A DNA stretch of 64,000 nucleotides, taken from the NCBI RefSeq assembly GCF_000150275.1, contig NW_002060949.1, positions 3,664,449 through 3,728,448 on the forward strand, read 5' to 3'. The position numbers and the translations under genes are program-made. The stretch's first letter is position 1. Each line of letters starts with the position of its first letter. Under the pieces are notes generated by a model that searched no databases, had not been told where the DNA came from, and was given only the letters and a program-made list of their open reading frames with translations. Positions 53,401-64,000 of this stretch are shown piece by piece. The stretch is from Trichoplax adhaerens (Eukaryota > Animalia > Placozoa).

Positions 53401-56400
53401 AGAACAACGTTAAACCAACCGTATCTGATAGTGTTGCAACTGATGGAACATTGCAAGCTAGTCAGATCCAATCGCAAGCCAAATTAGAAAAGGCTGAAAC
53501 TCAATCTAAAACAACAGAAAGTCAAACGTCGAAAGAAAACCCACCTAATGCCAAACCATCACTACACCAACAATCTGTAAGTACCCCTTCTAGCCATGAA
53601 GTTGGCCCTATACCTAACAATCAAGAACCTAAAGTCAATGATGACCATCACGAAGAAGGTGAGCCCCCTAATATTGTAATAAATAGGAGATCGAGTAAGA
53701 TAGAGACTAAAATACTTAAACCTTCAGAGCTGGATACTGCAATACAGCGTAAATCACAGCTCGATTCCAATGATAATCCTAATACACTAAATGACATCAA
53801 TAAATTACCAGCTACAAAACAAGATGATACGAAGCCAATGACTTCATCCAATCAACAAGAGAATAACATAACAAGCCCGGAATCCAAACCAACTAACAAT
53901 AATTCCAGTAAGTTCGATAATAACCCGGTAGCAACGGAAGAACCGTTAACCAATAACTACCACACTAATAATAAATCTCAAATCGATTTATCGCCTGTTT
54001 CTAAATCCAAAGAAGTTGAAGAGAATACGAAAGTAACTCCTCAAAATTATGCCAATGACACACTGAAGGCAGAGCCAACTTCCAATCGTAATGTAAGCTT
54101 GACTAGTGATGCAACTACTGTCAACCATAATAGTCAAATTACCAATGTAAGCTCCAAAGAGAGCATAAACGTTTCACCTAAGCAACATTTACAGGATGAA
54201 CCTAAAACTATTACCAACTCATCACAGGAAATAGAAATAACGCCTGTGCCTAAAACGAAGGGAGCAGTTAATGCCTTTTTAAGATCTGGCATGGACGAGA
54301 ATGACAGCAAGTCTGACAATCACTCTCATGAACCACCTACAGATCCTATTGTAGAAGAAGAAGAAATTAAGCCAACTGTTCATCGCGTTACTGCTAGCAT
54401 GCCTCTTCATTTCTTGTTGGAACCTGAAGAGGATACAGAGTTAGATCATGATGGAAAATCGTCGGAACCATCTGTAACTGAAACAGCACAGTCTAATCCA
54501 AAAATACAAGTACCAACGGATATGAAAGTGAATCATATTCCTTCTGCTGATGAAGAGGCTAAGGAAAGAGTTACAGTTCATCCTATAAATGAGCATGACA
54601 GCAACAAGGTTGTAAAAGACCTAAAACATGGAAGTCAAGCTACACCTTACACAAAGTCAAATAGTCCTAAAGTAGCCATTAAATCGAAACAAGAAGAAGT
54701 GGATAACAAGCCTCATACTAACCTACATGATACTCCGAGCTACACTAAAGCGTATCCACAGAAAGAAGAAGAATCCATCCATCATGATGAGCGAAACAAT
54801 GTTAATGCAGCCACAGAACCAAAAGTAAACACAACTGAAACAGCAAATCTATCACCTAAAATGAATAAAATCGAAGAAAGTAAGACTATTCATACAACAG
54901 ACCAATCTGATCATAAAACAGCCAATCTATCACCTAAAATGAGCGCTAATGAAAGTAAGAATATATCTCAACCAGATCATTCTGATCATGATCATGAAAC
55001 ATCGGGAGTAAAAGCTCCAATGACTTCAACAGCTGCAGTTAATAGCTCGATTACGACTACATCGCACGATGTGCCAGCCGCAGCTAGTATCGAGAAAACT
55101 TCTGCCCATGATGAAATTGCAAATGCAAGGACTAGCGAGGTTGCACCACCATCATCTACCGCAGAGAAAGCTCCAGTGAAGGCAGAAACAGCAGCTGCGG
55201 TAGCAGGGACGACAGAAGCGGTTGCAACTACATCCGCAACAATTTCAACAGCTTCCACTATCCCAGCTAATACAGCTCACGAAATAACTCCAGCAGCTTC
55301 TACTTCCATAAAAACTGTAAGAAATGCTACAGTCGAGGATGCAACGGTGGTAAAGCTTAACAGTAACACTACTAATGAATCCATGTCAGCTACTCCTCAT
55401 GTCGAAGCAGGCAACGATGCTAAGAAAGAGCCAAACCACGTTGTTGCTCAAGATGACCATGATCACGCAAAAGTAGTTGCAGCTGCAGTTGGAGCTACTG
55501 CAGCGGCGGCAGCTACTGCTGCAGCTGTTTCTGTTACAGCTGATGCAACAGCACATCCTTCACCCGAAATTAACACCAAAGAGGCTACAAAAGCTGCAGC
55601 TAATTTACATGCTGATATGCATCATGAAGATGTTAAATCTGTTGCTGCTGCCGTTATTGCTTCCAATCGTGCTAGGAAACGTCTACAAAATCGTATTGCA
55701 TCTCAAACATCTATTCAAACTGTTGATAAAGTAACGGGTAGGATGAAGATAAAGTTATGGCATGAAAAGGTAACAGAGAATTTAGTCATAACCGTTTTTG
55801 GAGCGGAAGATCTGTATCCATGCGATCATAAAGTATATCGCAATGCCTACGCTAAAGTATTTATGTATCCAGAAGCTAGCCAATTTGGTAAACGTCGGAC
55901 CAAAACATGCGACCGACAACTTAATCCAACGTGGAATCAAACCTTTATGTATTTTTCAATCAGTGATAAAAGACTTGAAAGTTCTAGCTTGCAAGTAACG
56001 ATCTGGGATAACGATAAAGATCATGGCATTAAGTTTTTAGGTGAAGTAATCATTAAGATGGCAACTGCTAGATTGGATAATCAACCTCATTGGTATTTAC
56101 TACGAAATCATGATCATTCTGTTGGTCAACTTCCTCCTCCGACACCAATTAAGAAGACTGCTTCGGATAAGCAATCATCTCATGGTCTACGCCGATCAAA
56201 TGTATCTCTACATGCAACAAATACTAATGATGATAGTGTAGGTGCTATCTCAGAAGATTCAGTGGTTGGCCATCCTGAAGAAGTTTACCATAGCTCAGTG
56301 AATGCTAATAAGTACCGTGTTGCTGATTCATCTAACTACGCCGAGCATGCAATGTCTAACACTGGCCATGAAGATGCTCCATCTCAATCACAAGATCATC

Positions 56401-58523
56401 CGAGTGAAGCGGATGATAATACAAAGAATCAAAATCATGCAGCAACTAGCGATGCTAGCAATGATGATAAGAAAACACCTCCGAGGAAACCACCACGAAT
56501 TGATAGGCCACCAAGTGAAATAGAAAATCCAGCTGTACAAGAAAATCAAACTCCATTAAAGACGAATCATAATGATGCCCATCAAACCAATCATGTATCT
56601 ACAACACCAACGAGTAAGCTGAGTGTCAATATCTACAGTACAAAATCCATGTATTGATATAATAACGAATGATTTTATCATCCTTGATAACAAAACTTAA
56701 TTATTATACTGATTTGAAAGTAGCTGTCATCTGCTATTAGCAATGCATACATCAGCAGTTTCCATTATAGGATGGCTTGCAATAGTTCATATTTTATTAG
56801 TCTTACAGTTTATATCCATGCAGTACTTGCTTCTAGATACGTATTTAAAAATAGCGACATAATGAGTTCAAGTTTAGTAGCGTATGTTATAGTTTATGCT
56901 AATAGCCATAAAAACAAAAACATTTCTTCAGGTAAAAGTGATTCATAAATTATAAGATAGCTTCGAAGTGAGCTTTGGCTGAACTGTTTATGAATATTAA
57001 TCATTACATTGCAACGAAGAATTTATATATTACCATTCTTAATATCTTTAGATGTCGGTAGCTTTTATTTTATTAACATTACTTTAGCTTAAATAATATT
57101 AATGGATCTCGAACTTCTTCTAGGTAATCACACTACGCCAGAAAGTCAAATTAGTGCTCATCAGACTACGTCATCTAATCAAGAGCTTACGCCTCGTAGC
57201 AACAGTCATGGCAGAAGACAGCAAAATTCCGGTAGTGTATCATCTAGTGGATCAAACGACTCAAAGAAAACGAATTTACCTGATATCCATAACGGAAATA
57301 ATATTAATCCTCCGACCTCTCATACCAGTAATTCTCCTGGCGGCTCGAGTAGCAGAATGCCTCAAAACTGGACTAACGGGTATGCAACGAGTCTGTAGCG
57401 ACAATTTATTAGTACCTGATTACTTAACTCATGTCGCAATAGCCTTATATGTCTTGATAGTGAAAAGTTAGACAAGTAGAAAAGTATAGTATAATTGATC
57501 ATGTCTACTTTTATTATTACCTTTTTCTAATAGAGCAACAAAGACACCGGAAAAAATTCGTAAAATGCGAGATGCTTTGGGACATGGTCAAGTGGTTGGG
57601 CCACATGTAACAAGTAAACACAATTCTATAGCAAAATAATTTTTAATATGATATATAGTGCTTAAAGGTGTCAAAAAATATTGATTATCTAAGTATATAA
57701 AAATATCCTTTCTTGCATTAGCATCGTCATCATTTGGTAAACTGCAATTGGGGTTACAATACAAGAATGGCATTTTAGAAGTAGAAGTTATAAGAGCTAA
57801 GGAACTGATAGCTAGAAATACCAAATCTTTACCATGTAAGTAAAAAGTATACGATAAATAAGAGATGCATCTTTACAACATGTTTGCTTACGCGTCAAAT
57901 ACATGATTGGATCATGATTAAAAATACCAGACGTTCCTGCATGTATGTAATACGCTAGACTTTTTATTTTTTTATTTTTTGTAGCAACCTATGCCAAATG
58001 TTATATACTGGATGCATCAGATAAATACATTGCAAAAAAGAAATCGAAATCTGTTCGAAAAACTCTCGAGCCTGTGTATCAGCAAAAATTACAGTTTCCA
58101 GTATCAATTACGGATAAAACCTTAGAGGTATACATTGGACACTTTGCCTTTGACGAAATTAAGCATAGACTATGACATTAAATCATATTATAGCAAAATC
58201 TCAATGATAAATAGCTATTTTAATTGTGCGTCGTCTAGTACCCCTCTATTATCTCCTAATCAATTTTATGCATAAGAATTGCTTTACAATTCCCATTAGT
58301 TAAAAAGTATTACATAAATTGATTTAATTCTACATTTATTCTTCTCTTTTAGGTCATTATATGGGGCAATTATAATTTAATAGATAAAAAAGTTTTCATG
58401 GGAGTTGCACAAATTGTCTTAAGTGAAGAAGATTTATCGAATCTGATCATTAGTTGGTACAAATTATTTGATTCATCGGCTGCTAATATTAATAATTTAG
58501 ATGCTTCAATGAATAGTAATTAA
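35452..58523 (+). CDS. RIMS: RIM (Rab3-interacting molecule) homolog: Rab-binding helix, zinc finger, C2A, C2B, no PDZ; 15 exons, ~2487 aa
   Basis: Phase-consistent exons: 35452-35651, 45379-45553, 48974-49557, 49738-49836, 50034-50162, 50252-50359, 50772-50969, 51166-51300, 51401-51945, 52087-56613, 57124-57379, 57534-57613, 57722-57835, 57985-58127, 58353-58523 (sum 7464 nt). Motifs: SRLTEEERQRI; CGICRKTKFAEGGGNHCKFC..CKRCG..WSCLAC..TGEWF; C2A KRRTKT..LNPTWNQTFMY..FLGEVII..PHWYLL; LGHGQVVG; C2B LEVEVIRA..KKKSKSVRKTLEPVYQQ..VIIWGNY..FMGVAQI..WYKLF. Confidence 0.93.
39080..39690. repeat. Degenerate tandem repeat in RIM intron 1 (4-5 decayed units)
   Basis: AATGA..TAATGACTAGAGTA..GCG..TTTATCAAGTCGA..TACT..GGATCC-like blocks recur near 39110, 39417, 39500 and 39610. 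Confidence 0.6.
43626..43941. repeat. Tandem repeat, 111-bp unit, 3 copies, in RIM intron 1
   Basis: CGTA(T/C)TTATTTGTCTTAA..TGATA..CCTTGATA..ACTC.TTTTT..AATAGA.TAAAAA recurs at ~43626, ~43737 and ~43848. Confidence 0.9.
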
Positions 58524-61500
58524 TGATGCTTAATCTGTCACATTGGCGCAACTATAACATGAAACTGTAATTGCTCACAGTAGCAATTATCTACGAGAAT
58601 TTTTATATCATCACATTTTTCATCCTGTCCAAATTTACAAAACATCGATGGATAGCATATAGTTGGACTGTATTGTAAATGAATCCATCTTATTTTTAAG
58701 ATTACTTGATCCTTTATAATATATATTGGCTTAGAACTGTTTATACTATCTTCGCTTAATCAATCTGTATGTATCGTTTGATAAATTTTTATATATGGAC
58801 TATTTAACGACAGCACTTTAAAAAAGCTATTTTATTTGAAATCTATGATAGCCTTTTAATGTTATTGCAATATGGTGATAATGCTTTACATTTAGCGGTA
58901 ATGTAAGCTCAATATATCATTTAGAAGTAGACGATTGAGCTAGTTTTTACAGTATTACAAGAAGATAGATTATTCAGCAATTTTTACATATTTATGTATT
59001 TACCACAATGTAGATTTACTCATTCTTTATATGATAGCTTTTTGTATTTTCTATTTTACGTACGAAAATTCTCAACGCGGAAATAATCTATGCTACTACT
59101 GCAATAGCTACTTGTAGATTATGTAATTATATACGGTACGTAAGTTTGCCTGCCATTGAAAGCATGATAAGCGATAGGTCAAATCATTTTTTGAGGGGAT
59201 TGTGATTTATACTTAGATAAATATCAATAAGATGTACGTTACCCTTTTTTAGCTTATCGATTGGTATTTTCTATTTTAAATAACTGCTTCTTATCGTTAA
59301 GATAGCAATTATGATGACGGACTGCAACGATGATATGTTGTTAGTAATTTACTCGTAAGACACACCATTTTTAATATATTCATAATTATTTAACATTGGT
59401 TATGATAGTTATAAAAATATGCTACGATCACTTTCTACGCTATGATCGAAATGACCGAACCAAAGTAGTTTCTAGATCTAGTATTATTGTAATTTGGATA
59501 ATAATCATTTTTTTGTTGCAATCTACGCATACCTATTAATTATTACAGCTACTATATTAATCAGCGATGATGCCATTTCAATTCACGACAATTGTATTAC
59601 TGTTCTTAAAGTTTTACTTGGAGTTAGCTTTAAACAATGCATCAAGACTTTTTTACACGCATTATCATCTCGAAATTTTTGCCTTTGTACTAGTAGCAAA
59701 TCATTTAATTATGTTATTTTCATGCTTATTATCACTGCACCAATTTTTGTGCAATCGTAAAATTCTTATTGGAATACAATCTAAAATCAGGTTGCTTCAG
59801 AAAATAAAACACTTTAAGTAATTATGCTATTATTCATCTTATCTGTATGATTTATTGCCAAAGTAGATCTGCATGGTTAGTTTAAGGTCGTTGGAAGCGA
59901 TTATGTTTCGTGATTGATCACTCGTAAAGGTAATTTCTAGTGTTTACTTCGGCTTTATGTGGTAGGTAAACTATAATCATTAGAATTGGAATTCCATCAA
60001 CTTTATTTTAACCAAGTTTGTCTTAAATTCATATTAGTTTGCGTGAATATCTCATCATTTATTGTACTTAATTACTAGATATCCTATTCGATATCGATAT
60101 AACTATACTACCTGAAATTAGTTCAGTTGCTTAGATTATTCAGTTGATAAATAGAGCTAAGAATGTCAGCACTCTCTTTAAAATTTCAATTGCGACTATG
60201 AAATCGCTATCTTCTATTTTTTCAATAGATATTTATTTCAGTAGTTCCTACCTCAACCGTAGATGTGTTTGCTTTACCTCTACACTCTCGTTCATAGACT
60301 ATGGTAGGGACTCTTATAGATCTTCTTACTTCTATATAAGATTGAAACGAATTATGTAGACATAAATAGTACCTCAAATTCGAATTAACTACACTTTGCT
60401 ACAGTTAATTTCAATTACAAAATTGGGTATTTCTCTCATCAGAAAATTCTTGTAATTTATCCTTATTAAATAGCATATTTACGATCAGATACTTTTGCAG
60501 TAGTATTGGCTTCTGTTATAAGCTAGGAATAGCTTAACTTGCAAAAAGGTTTGAGAGAGTATCTTCTAACCCTATACCAAAGTTATTTGGAATACTAATC
60601 AATTACCGTAGTATATTAAATTTACTGTATCAGTATTAAATTAATCAATTCTTAATAATAGTTTAACAAACACATATTAGTCTATCCTACCAAGATATTT
60701 CATCTAAACTTAGAAATGATATTTTCAACCTGAATATCCTTCGAGGTGATAGATAAAATCCAGTTAAACTAGTTGGCATTTACTATTTAGTCTATCTAAT
60801 CATAAATTAAGGATTGCTAATGCATCAACTACTAACCATTAAAGTTACGATAATTATTAATGCATTAATTAATGAAAGGATCATTCCGATGCTAAAGTGG
60901 AGAGTAACTTTACTTTCGAGGCATTTAATTAGGCAACTGATCATTTTAGAAAATGGAAGGGTTAGGGTTGGAGTTAAATTTCAGTCGAATTCTCTATACT
61001 AAATTAAGTACATGATTTTATAATCTAATCGATAATACTATATATTCCATCAAAAGATTATCATTCACCATTCTGACGATAGGCTCGATTGAATTTTAAA
61101 ATTTCAAAGGCAAGGGTACTTTATTTAAGTTATATAGATGATTTATAGCATGACGAGGATAGTGAGGAGTCTATAATTACAATGATTATGTTTCTATCGT
61201 TATAGTTAGGTCAGATCGACGCTGATATCCTAGTAATAATAGCACAAATAATTGGATTCTCACCATCATTAAATGCTATCAATTCAAATGGTAATTAAAT
61301 TAATGCTGGCACAATTCGATGAATAACAAGTAAAATAATAAAGCAAGTCATTTTTTTCTTTAGTAATATTGATTTATATATTGTTGATAGATAATAGCAG
61401 GTTTATTTACATTGCAGTAGAGGATTCCATTATAAACTGAATATTGTCTCTGCTGATAGATTAATAGGGCACGACGATCGATATGAGTAATATTTCTTAT

Positions 61501-62724
61501 TTTATTCTATCGTCCATGTCATCAATCACGGACAAGGCTAATTTCTACTTTGGTGCACCAACCAACTTTTGATAGCAGCAATTGATAAGTTTGTCAGGAA
61601 AATTGAAATCCTTATCTCATTTAATCATCTACTGCTAGTCTTGCCTAAATCATCAATTTTGCTTGTTCTGGAAGGAGTCGAAATTGCAAGTATAATCAGA
61701 ACTTATGGGCTGTATTCTCCGGTAGAAGAATCGAATTTAGACAGAAAAAAATGCAACTAAAAGAAATAAATTTTTGACATCAATTATTGGTTCGTTGACT
61801 TGATAAACTCTCAGTTGTGCATTCTAGTAGCTAGTATATAATCAGTATTATTAAAGTAATTTAGCAGTCATAGCTAAAGCTGAATCAAATTGTTTTAGAC
61901 TCTAAACTATCACCTTTGGCATTCTCATAATCGACAAGAATTTTCTTAATTAATTGACTGTTAGCGTTGATTTTCCAGCTTCATTTGAAACTATTCAAAT
62001 CCATTTGTACGTCTCTGCAACCAATTTGTTTGTCAACAACGTTAGAACCATTTTTAAGGCTTCATTTCAAGTTTTACTTAAATTATTTGGGACTTTTCAT
62101 CCTCAGTAACACTGGACAACTTCGAATCCGTCGATTTTTGCTGCATTTTAGCCAAAGATTATCGCGCTATTTTCTTGGTTATAACTTGAATATTACCAAC
62201 TTGCTATTATCATTCCATAGCTAGTACATAATCAAGGATAACAAGACTACTTTTGCAAACTTTACAAAGGCTTTCTTGAAATCATTTTAAGATCAAAATT
62301 ACCACTGCTAACTCTCTCAACAAATCTAACTTGGCAAGTTTCTTAATTTAGCCAAAGATTATATAGGAGCGCTTTTTATTGATTATTTTTGAGCATTTTA
62401 TATCTTCCTCTATTCTATTTTAGTTTCCTCCAATGCCTAAAATTGACAAGACCAGTACTGTTACTTTGCTTCATGTCTTGGCTATGCGATACTATCAATT
62501 TCTGAAAGAATAAGTTTATTGGTTAACCAAGATAGATAAAAGAATCTAGTCAACGATACAACAGCTAAAATAAATTTATTAGGATCGACGTCATTTATCT
62601 GTTTCAGAGTAATTGTGCAAATTCATTACAATATTGATAGTTTATAAAGTAATTTGAACCATCTTGGATAAATTAGGATGAAAGAGTAATTTTAAGAGCA
62701 GCAGTTAATAGTATTAATAACAAT

Positions 62725-64000
62725 ATGAGACAAGCTGTTTCTTATCCATTTCTCAACGTAATAATTATAATAATTGTATGGCTAAACAGCGCTAATAATG
62801 TTGAAGGAAATATCTTACAACAATGTCGCCGGGAACATATCTTTTCTGATCATAGTTTTCAACGGATCTACAAACCTGGTGATATCACATTAACAGGACT
62901 ATTTCCGATTCACGCCGAGCTAATTGCTTATAATACAACTGGTGAAGAGGAAAGAGTGAATTTTTTCAATTTTCACGGTTTTAATTGGGCTTTAGCCATG
63001 GCCTATACTGCAGAATGGGTTAATAACCAAACCGATTTTCTACCCAATATAACGCTCGGATACGATATTCGCGATACCTTTTATAACATTGAGCATGCAG
63101 TCAATCAAGCGATTAATCTAACTCGTTCTATCGTTGTTCAATCTACATGTAGCCGACATGGCAATGAATGCCATTCTAAGCAATCTCCTGCTAGCCAATT
63201 TAATCAACAACAGCAACAAGTATCGCCATTAGTGTCCATTGGTCCATCGTATGCATGGATTGCATCACCAGTAGCCGATATTTTCTCAACTTATGGTATT
63301 CCATTAATCAGTTATGAATCAGCGATTGCAAATGACCAAAATAGCAATCAACTATTCCTCCAAGTACGCCATTCTAATTTTTTACAAGCTAGTGTTATTG
63401 CTAATTTAATTGAAAAATTTCAATGGTCTTATATCACTGTCATCAGTAGTGATGATGAATTTGGCAGGGTTGGACTGCAATCCTTGCAAGAGGAATTAAA
63501 ATCAAGAGATAATATATGCATTGGACGTAATTTCGTTATTCCAGGTGGCGATCAAATTGACTTTACTCAGATAAAAAGAATGATTACAACTATCAAAAAT
63601 GATATCAATATTCAGGTTTGTGTTGTCTATACCAATGTATTTCAAGGTTATGCAGTTTTTGAAGAAGCAACAAGGCAAAAATTAACTCAAACAACCTGGA
63701 TTACTCCTGGTGAATTGGGCCAATCGCCAGGTATCCTTCACCAGAATAAAGATGTTTTGCAAGGGATGTTAACCGTAACCTTGCCAGATAAAAATCCTCC
63801 GATGGATTTTGAATTATTCCTTGCATCGAATGAAAATTCTCTCGGATTGAACACATCGGTCTTGCCGAATTCTTGGCTGCACGAATATCTCCGTAAAGTT
63901 CAACAATGTCGTTCTGAACGCTTTACTATGAATGCTAATCAAAATTGTAACTTAAAATGTTCTTATCGGAAATTTTTCTGCTATGGCATAAATAATATTG
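62725..64000 (+). CDS. Class C GPCR (CaSR/mGluR-like) extracellular Venus flytrap domain, partial; runs off the window end
   Basis: Open frame of 425 codons from ATG 62725, absent from the ORF track because it has no stop in the window. It has a signal peptide, then KPGDITLTGLFPIH, FNFHGFNWALAMAYTAEWVNN..FLPNITLGYDIRDT, GIPLISY, QASVIANLIEKFQWSYITVISSDDEFG and ICI. The 7TM region is not in the window. Confidence 0.85.
   Translation, partial: MRQAVSYPFLNVIIIIIVWLNSANNVEGNILQQCRREHIFSDHSFQRIYKPGDITLTGLFPIHAELIAYNTTGEEERVNFFNFHGFNWALAMAYTAEWVNNQTDFLPNITLGYDIRDTFYNIEHAVNQAINLTRSIVVQSTCSRHGNECHSKQSPASQFNQQQQQVSPLVSIGPSYAWIASPVADIFSTYGIPLISYESAIANDQNSNQLFLQVRHSNFLQASVIANLIEKFQWSYITVISSDDEFGRVGLQSLQEELKSRDNICIGRNFVIPGGDQIDFTQIKRMITTIKNDINIQVCVVYTNVFQGYAVFEEATRQKLTQTTWITPGELGQSPGILHQNKDVLQGMLTVTLPDKNPPMDFELFLASNENSLGLNTSVLPNSWLHEYLRKVQQCRSERFTMNANQNCNLKCSYRKFFCYGINNI

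Noticed and set aside
49285-56523. Antisense and alternate-frame ORFs overlapping RIM exons
   Set aside because: Shadow ORFs of low-complexity coding sequence with no recognisable domains.

Overview
AT-rich, intron-rich animal genomic DNA. Short GT-AG introns, an expanded deiodinase family, a PDZ-less RIM and an intronless class C GPCR suggest a placozoan such as Trichoplax; this is an inference, not verified. The window opens with three intronless iodothyronine-deiodinase-like selenoprotein genes, each split in the ORF track by an in-frame UGA. Two have mutually homologous candidate SECIS elements in their 3' UTRs, and one is cut by a 50-N assembly gap. Next come HACD (8 exons, minus), a cluster of three tandem repeats, an SLC22A18-like MFS transporter (minus), an LKAAEAR1-like gene (plus) and V-ATPase subunit H (minus). 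A pair of MiT/TFE-type E-boxes sits at the probable 5' end of the V-ATPase gene, followed by a 183-bp tandem repeat and a TA-flanked MITE. A ~23-kb RIM gene follows (Rab-binding helix, zinc finger, C2A, C2B, no PDZ, ~2487 aa). The window ends in the start of a class C GPCR with a degenerate ligand pocket. The most notable system is the Sec-deiodinase cluster, whose active-site and resolving residues differ from the vertebrate enzymes. All exon boundaries were read by eye.
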